Below are positions 61,100 through 64,000 of a stretch of 64,000 bases of DNA, in pieces. The position numbers and the translations under genes are program-made. Every line of letters starts with the position of its first letter. Within the stretch, counting starts at the first letter, position 1. The stretch comes from Macrostomum lignano (lineage: Eukaryota). The notes under the pieces were generated by a model, which worked only from the letters and a program-made list of their open reading frames with translations, was not told the DNA's origin and did no database searches. The DNA lies in contig NIVC01002946.1 in the NCBI GenBank assembly GCA_002269645.1, positions 1 to 64,000 of the forward strand. Reading direction: 5' to 3'.

Positions 61100-61780
61100 A
61101 AATTCTCTCCATTCCTCAATCTTCTCATCCTCTTTTTCTTTTCTCTCTCATCCTTTATCCATTCTCTCTTTCCTCTCCTCTCTCCTCTCTTTCCTCTCCT
61201 CTCCTATCTCTTCTGTCTCCTCTCTACATTCTTATCTCTCCTCTCGTCTCTCTCCATTTCACTCTACTCTCTCATCTTATCTTCCCTCTCGTCTCTCTCC
61301 ACTCTACTCTCTCATATTATTTCTCCTCTCTTCTCTACTCTCTCATCTCTCCTCTCTTCACTCTCCTCTCATCTCCTCTTTATCTTCTCTTCTCTCATCT
61401 ACTCTCTCCTCTTTCCTCTTTTCTCTCTTCTGATCTCATCCATCATCTTTTCTTTCCTCTTTCCTCTAATCTCCTCTTCTCTCTCATCTCTTTTTCCTCC
61501 CTCAGCTTTTCTCTCCTCTTCTATCTTTTCTCCCATCGCAACGCTCGCCTCTCCTCTGTTTGCTTATCTCTAATCTTCTATTCCCTCTACTTTGAAGTAA
61601 GAAAATATGCACATATTTTTGCTGAAGATAAGAGGAGAGAAGAGGGCATTGAGGAGAAAGGGTAAAGAGAAAGGGGGAGAAGAGAGGAGAGTAAAAATGA
61701 GAGGAGAGAGAAGAGGGAAAAGGGGGGAAAGAGAGAAGAGGGGAGGCAAGGTAGAGAAGAAGAGAGAAATGAGAGTTGAA
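61100..61780. repeat. CT-rich tract followed by a GA-rich tract (low complexity)
   Basis: Pyrimidine run about 61100-61560, purine run about 61625-61780. Confidence 0.85.
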
Positions 61781-61844
61781 GAGACACCAACCTTGCTGGT
61801 TAGGAAGTTTCAAAGAACCCGAGGGGCGAGGGCCAGATAGAGGG

Positions 61845-61874
61845 GCTTCGCGAGCCGGAGTTTGCCAACCCCTG
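61845..61874 (-). mobile_element. Orphan hAT-like terminus
   Basis: Reverse complement reads CAGGGGTTGGCAAACTCCGGCTCGCG, resembling common hAT-MITE ends; no matching second end found. Confidence 0.4.
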
Positions 61875-62029
61875 CTCCAGAGTTTAAGAAATCAATGGGA
61901 AACTGTTGACGCGGGCTTCTGATTTCAAAGATCTTGTCTATGGTTGAAGGCTTCTATTCTGTTTTTGCTCTCCTGCCACACTTGCACCTACTACCCCCTG
62001 ATTGCCTCTGATTGTGACTTACTTCCCTC

Positions 62030-62230
62030 TTATTGCGACTTAGTTTCTTCTTTTTGTGACTTATCTAATCCTTTTTGCGACTTACCTAATCCTTTTTGCG
62101 ACTTACCTGATCCTTTTTGCGACTTACCTAACCCTTTTGCAACTTACCTGATCCTTTTTGCGACTTAGTTTGCTTCTTTTGCGACTTACCTAATCCTTTT
62201 TGCGACTTACCTGATTGTTTTTACAACTTA
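62030..62230. repeat. 21-bp minisatellite GACTTACCTAATCCTTTTTGC
   Basis: Direct reading. Confidence 0.88.
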
Positions 62231-62913
62231 GCTTGCTTCTTTTGCGAATTGTTTTTCTTTTGCTTCACCATTTTCCCTGAACTGCTCTTTCTTTCGCTTT
62301 CCTCTTGCCTGTCTTGGTTCTTGTGTTTTTCGGTTTTTGGTTGACTCAATTTTGCGACTTACCCTTGGTCAGCCACGATTTACGGTGGCCAGATTGGCCA
62401 GGTCGGCCAGCAGTTGCGCATGTATGAGTATACATACTATATCATTTAATTTTAAGGCCTATCTTAATCTTATATAAATAAAGATAAGCCTAGGCCTAAT
62501 AGGGGGCCTACAAATAAATAGAATGGCTAAAGCCTAAAACCTTTGCAAAAATACTTTTAGAAGTCATTTTTAGGCCTATTAGGCCTAGTCCTAAATTTAG
62601 TAGTATATTGGAATACATAAGACAACCATAGAAAAGTTTATTTAGGGCCTATTATTTTTTTGCTATAATCAACCAATGCCTTTGGCTTTAAGTTTAACTC
62701 CTTTTTATTCTTATAATACTATTATTAATAGGTACAAAATATAATTTAGCATACTATTAGTATTAAATTTTTTTTACTCGAGCAACTAGGGCTTAGGAGC
62801 AACAATGCTAGTTCTCTAAGTCTAACCTATTAAAAACAAAAAGTAATAGCAATATGATTTTATCAAACTTTCAAAAATATTTAATAAAGAAATATTAGTT
62901 AGGAATTGAAAAA

Positions 62914-63437
62914 GGCAGTGCTTATTCCCACAGTACCATAGGAATAATTTCTGTCTTATTCCAATGGTACCATGGGGATAATTTTCTGCTTATCTGCATG
63001 GCACATTGACAAGATAGCTGCCGTATCTTCTACATATGCCATGGGAATAATTTAGTTTAGTACTTATGGTTTAAGTGCAATATAACATAACTTTGCTTGG
63101 CCATTAGTTTTATAGAAGTAAAGATTTATGCAAAAAAAACTATTTTGTATTTATGACATGATTTAAGGTAAATTGCTTTAGTAATTATTTATAATTTGAA
63201 TTTTTAGCAAAGTATAATCCCGAGATCATAATGAAAGTGAAAAGTACATTGCTGCTTCTGTTGTAGACTTCTACTAGACATGTAAATTAGCAATTTGTTT
63301 GTATAGATTATTGCATTGCTTCAACAATTCGCATTATCTCGTCAGTGTGCCATGCGGATAAGCAGAAAATTATTCCCACGGTACCATTGGAATAAGACAG
63401 AAATTATTTCTACAGTACCGTGGGGATAAGCACTACC
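62914..63437. mobile_element. Mutator-like MITE, 524 bp, about 100-bp TIRs
   Basis: 9-bp direct repeat ATTGAAAAA at 62905-62913 and 63438-63446; termini GG...CC; GGCAGTGCTTATTCCCACAGTACC matches the reverse complement of the right end. Confidence 0.88.
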
Positions 63438-63811
63438 ATTGAAAAATAGGTTTAATTTATTGTATTATATTGGCTTTGCATTTTATAATTACTTTTCAAG
63501 CTAGAACTTTTTATATTTATTTAGTTTTAAAATATATAATTATACACATCTATTTTTGGATATCAGTTTATAATTATAAAATAGTCTTTTCTATAAAAAA
63601 GATATCAGTGATTATTAGACCTATCTGTATCCTAATGGGAATTGGAAACTAGATATTATTTAAAAAGTTTTTTCTTTACTCCTAGAAACTAAGAAAAAAT
63701 TTCTACTTACTATTTTATATTTTGTTATTTCTTTTATATAATTGCATTTCAAAGTTATTCATTTGCTAAAAATATTCTTATTCAAATTTGATTTTTTGCA
63801 TACCTCTTAGC

Positions 63812-63905
63812 ATGGAAGTACTTATCCCTATGGTCCCATGCCAATAATTCTAATTTTATTCACATGGATCCATGTTGATAATTTTCAGCTTATCCCCATA
63901 GCAGC
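63812..63905. mobile_element. Diverged second TIR of the same MITE family (partner end not found)
   Basis: GGAAGTACTTATCCCTATGGTCCCATG...GATAATTTTCAGCTTATC resembles the TIR at 62914. Confidence 0.5.
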
Positions 63906-64000
63906 TTATTGAAATACATGTAGTTGCCACCATTCAAGTCTGTAGGCCATGTCAACCCTGAGACAACCCTAAGTACTTTATTGTCATTATTATTACAAAT

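Overview
Eukaryotic (animal) genomic DNA with spliceosomal introns. There are no prokaryotic features, and no CRISPR, rRNA or tRNA that I can support. I assembled four protein-coding genes by hand from splice sites and reading-frame phase: (1) a PDE8-type cAMP phosphodiesterase (REC-PAS-catalytic), + strand 2262-19483, 16-17 exons, including a probable GC-AG intron; (2) a PRDM8-like PR-domain/3-zinc-finger gene, - strand ~26962-20587, 5' end unresolved; (3) a compact bZIP transcription factor, + strand 33702-34433, with an overlapping uORF and a DSGxxxS motif reminiscent of ATF4; (4) a Na+/Ca2+ exchanger (SLC8/NCX), - strand 54428-39873, 17 exons, with a degenerate XIP and CBD2 and with RFX X-boxes nearby. 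Mobile DNA comprises a 5'-truncated LINE, a 1.5-kb fully palindromic element with TTAA flanks, a Mutator-like MITE with a 9-bp TSD, a small TG...CA element and an orphan hAT-like end. The dominant structural feature is that 24 of the 32 introns of PDE8 and NCX carry their own tandem array (units 4-43 bp), while all six introns under 150 nt have none. Several arrays start exactly at a splice donor and amplify it. GC-rich codons plus (GACA)n/(GATA)n/(AATC)n tracts suggest a Macrostomum-like flatworm; this is an inference and was not checked. Most long ORFs in the supplied track are translations of repeats. All coordinates were read by eye: exon limits should be exact or nearly so, repeat limits are approximate.
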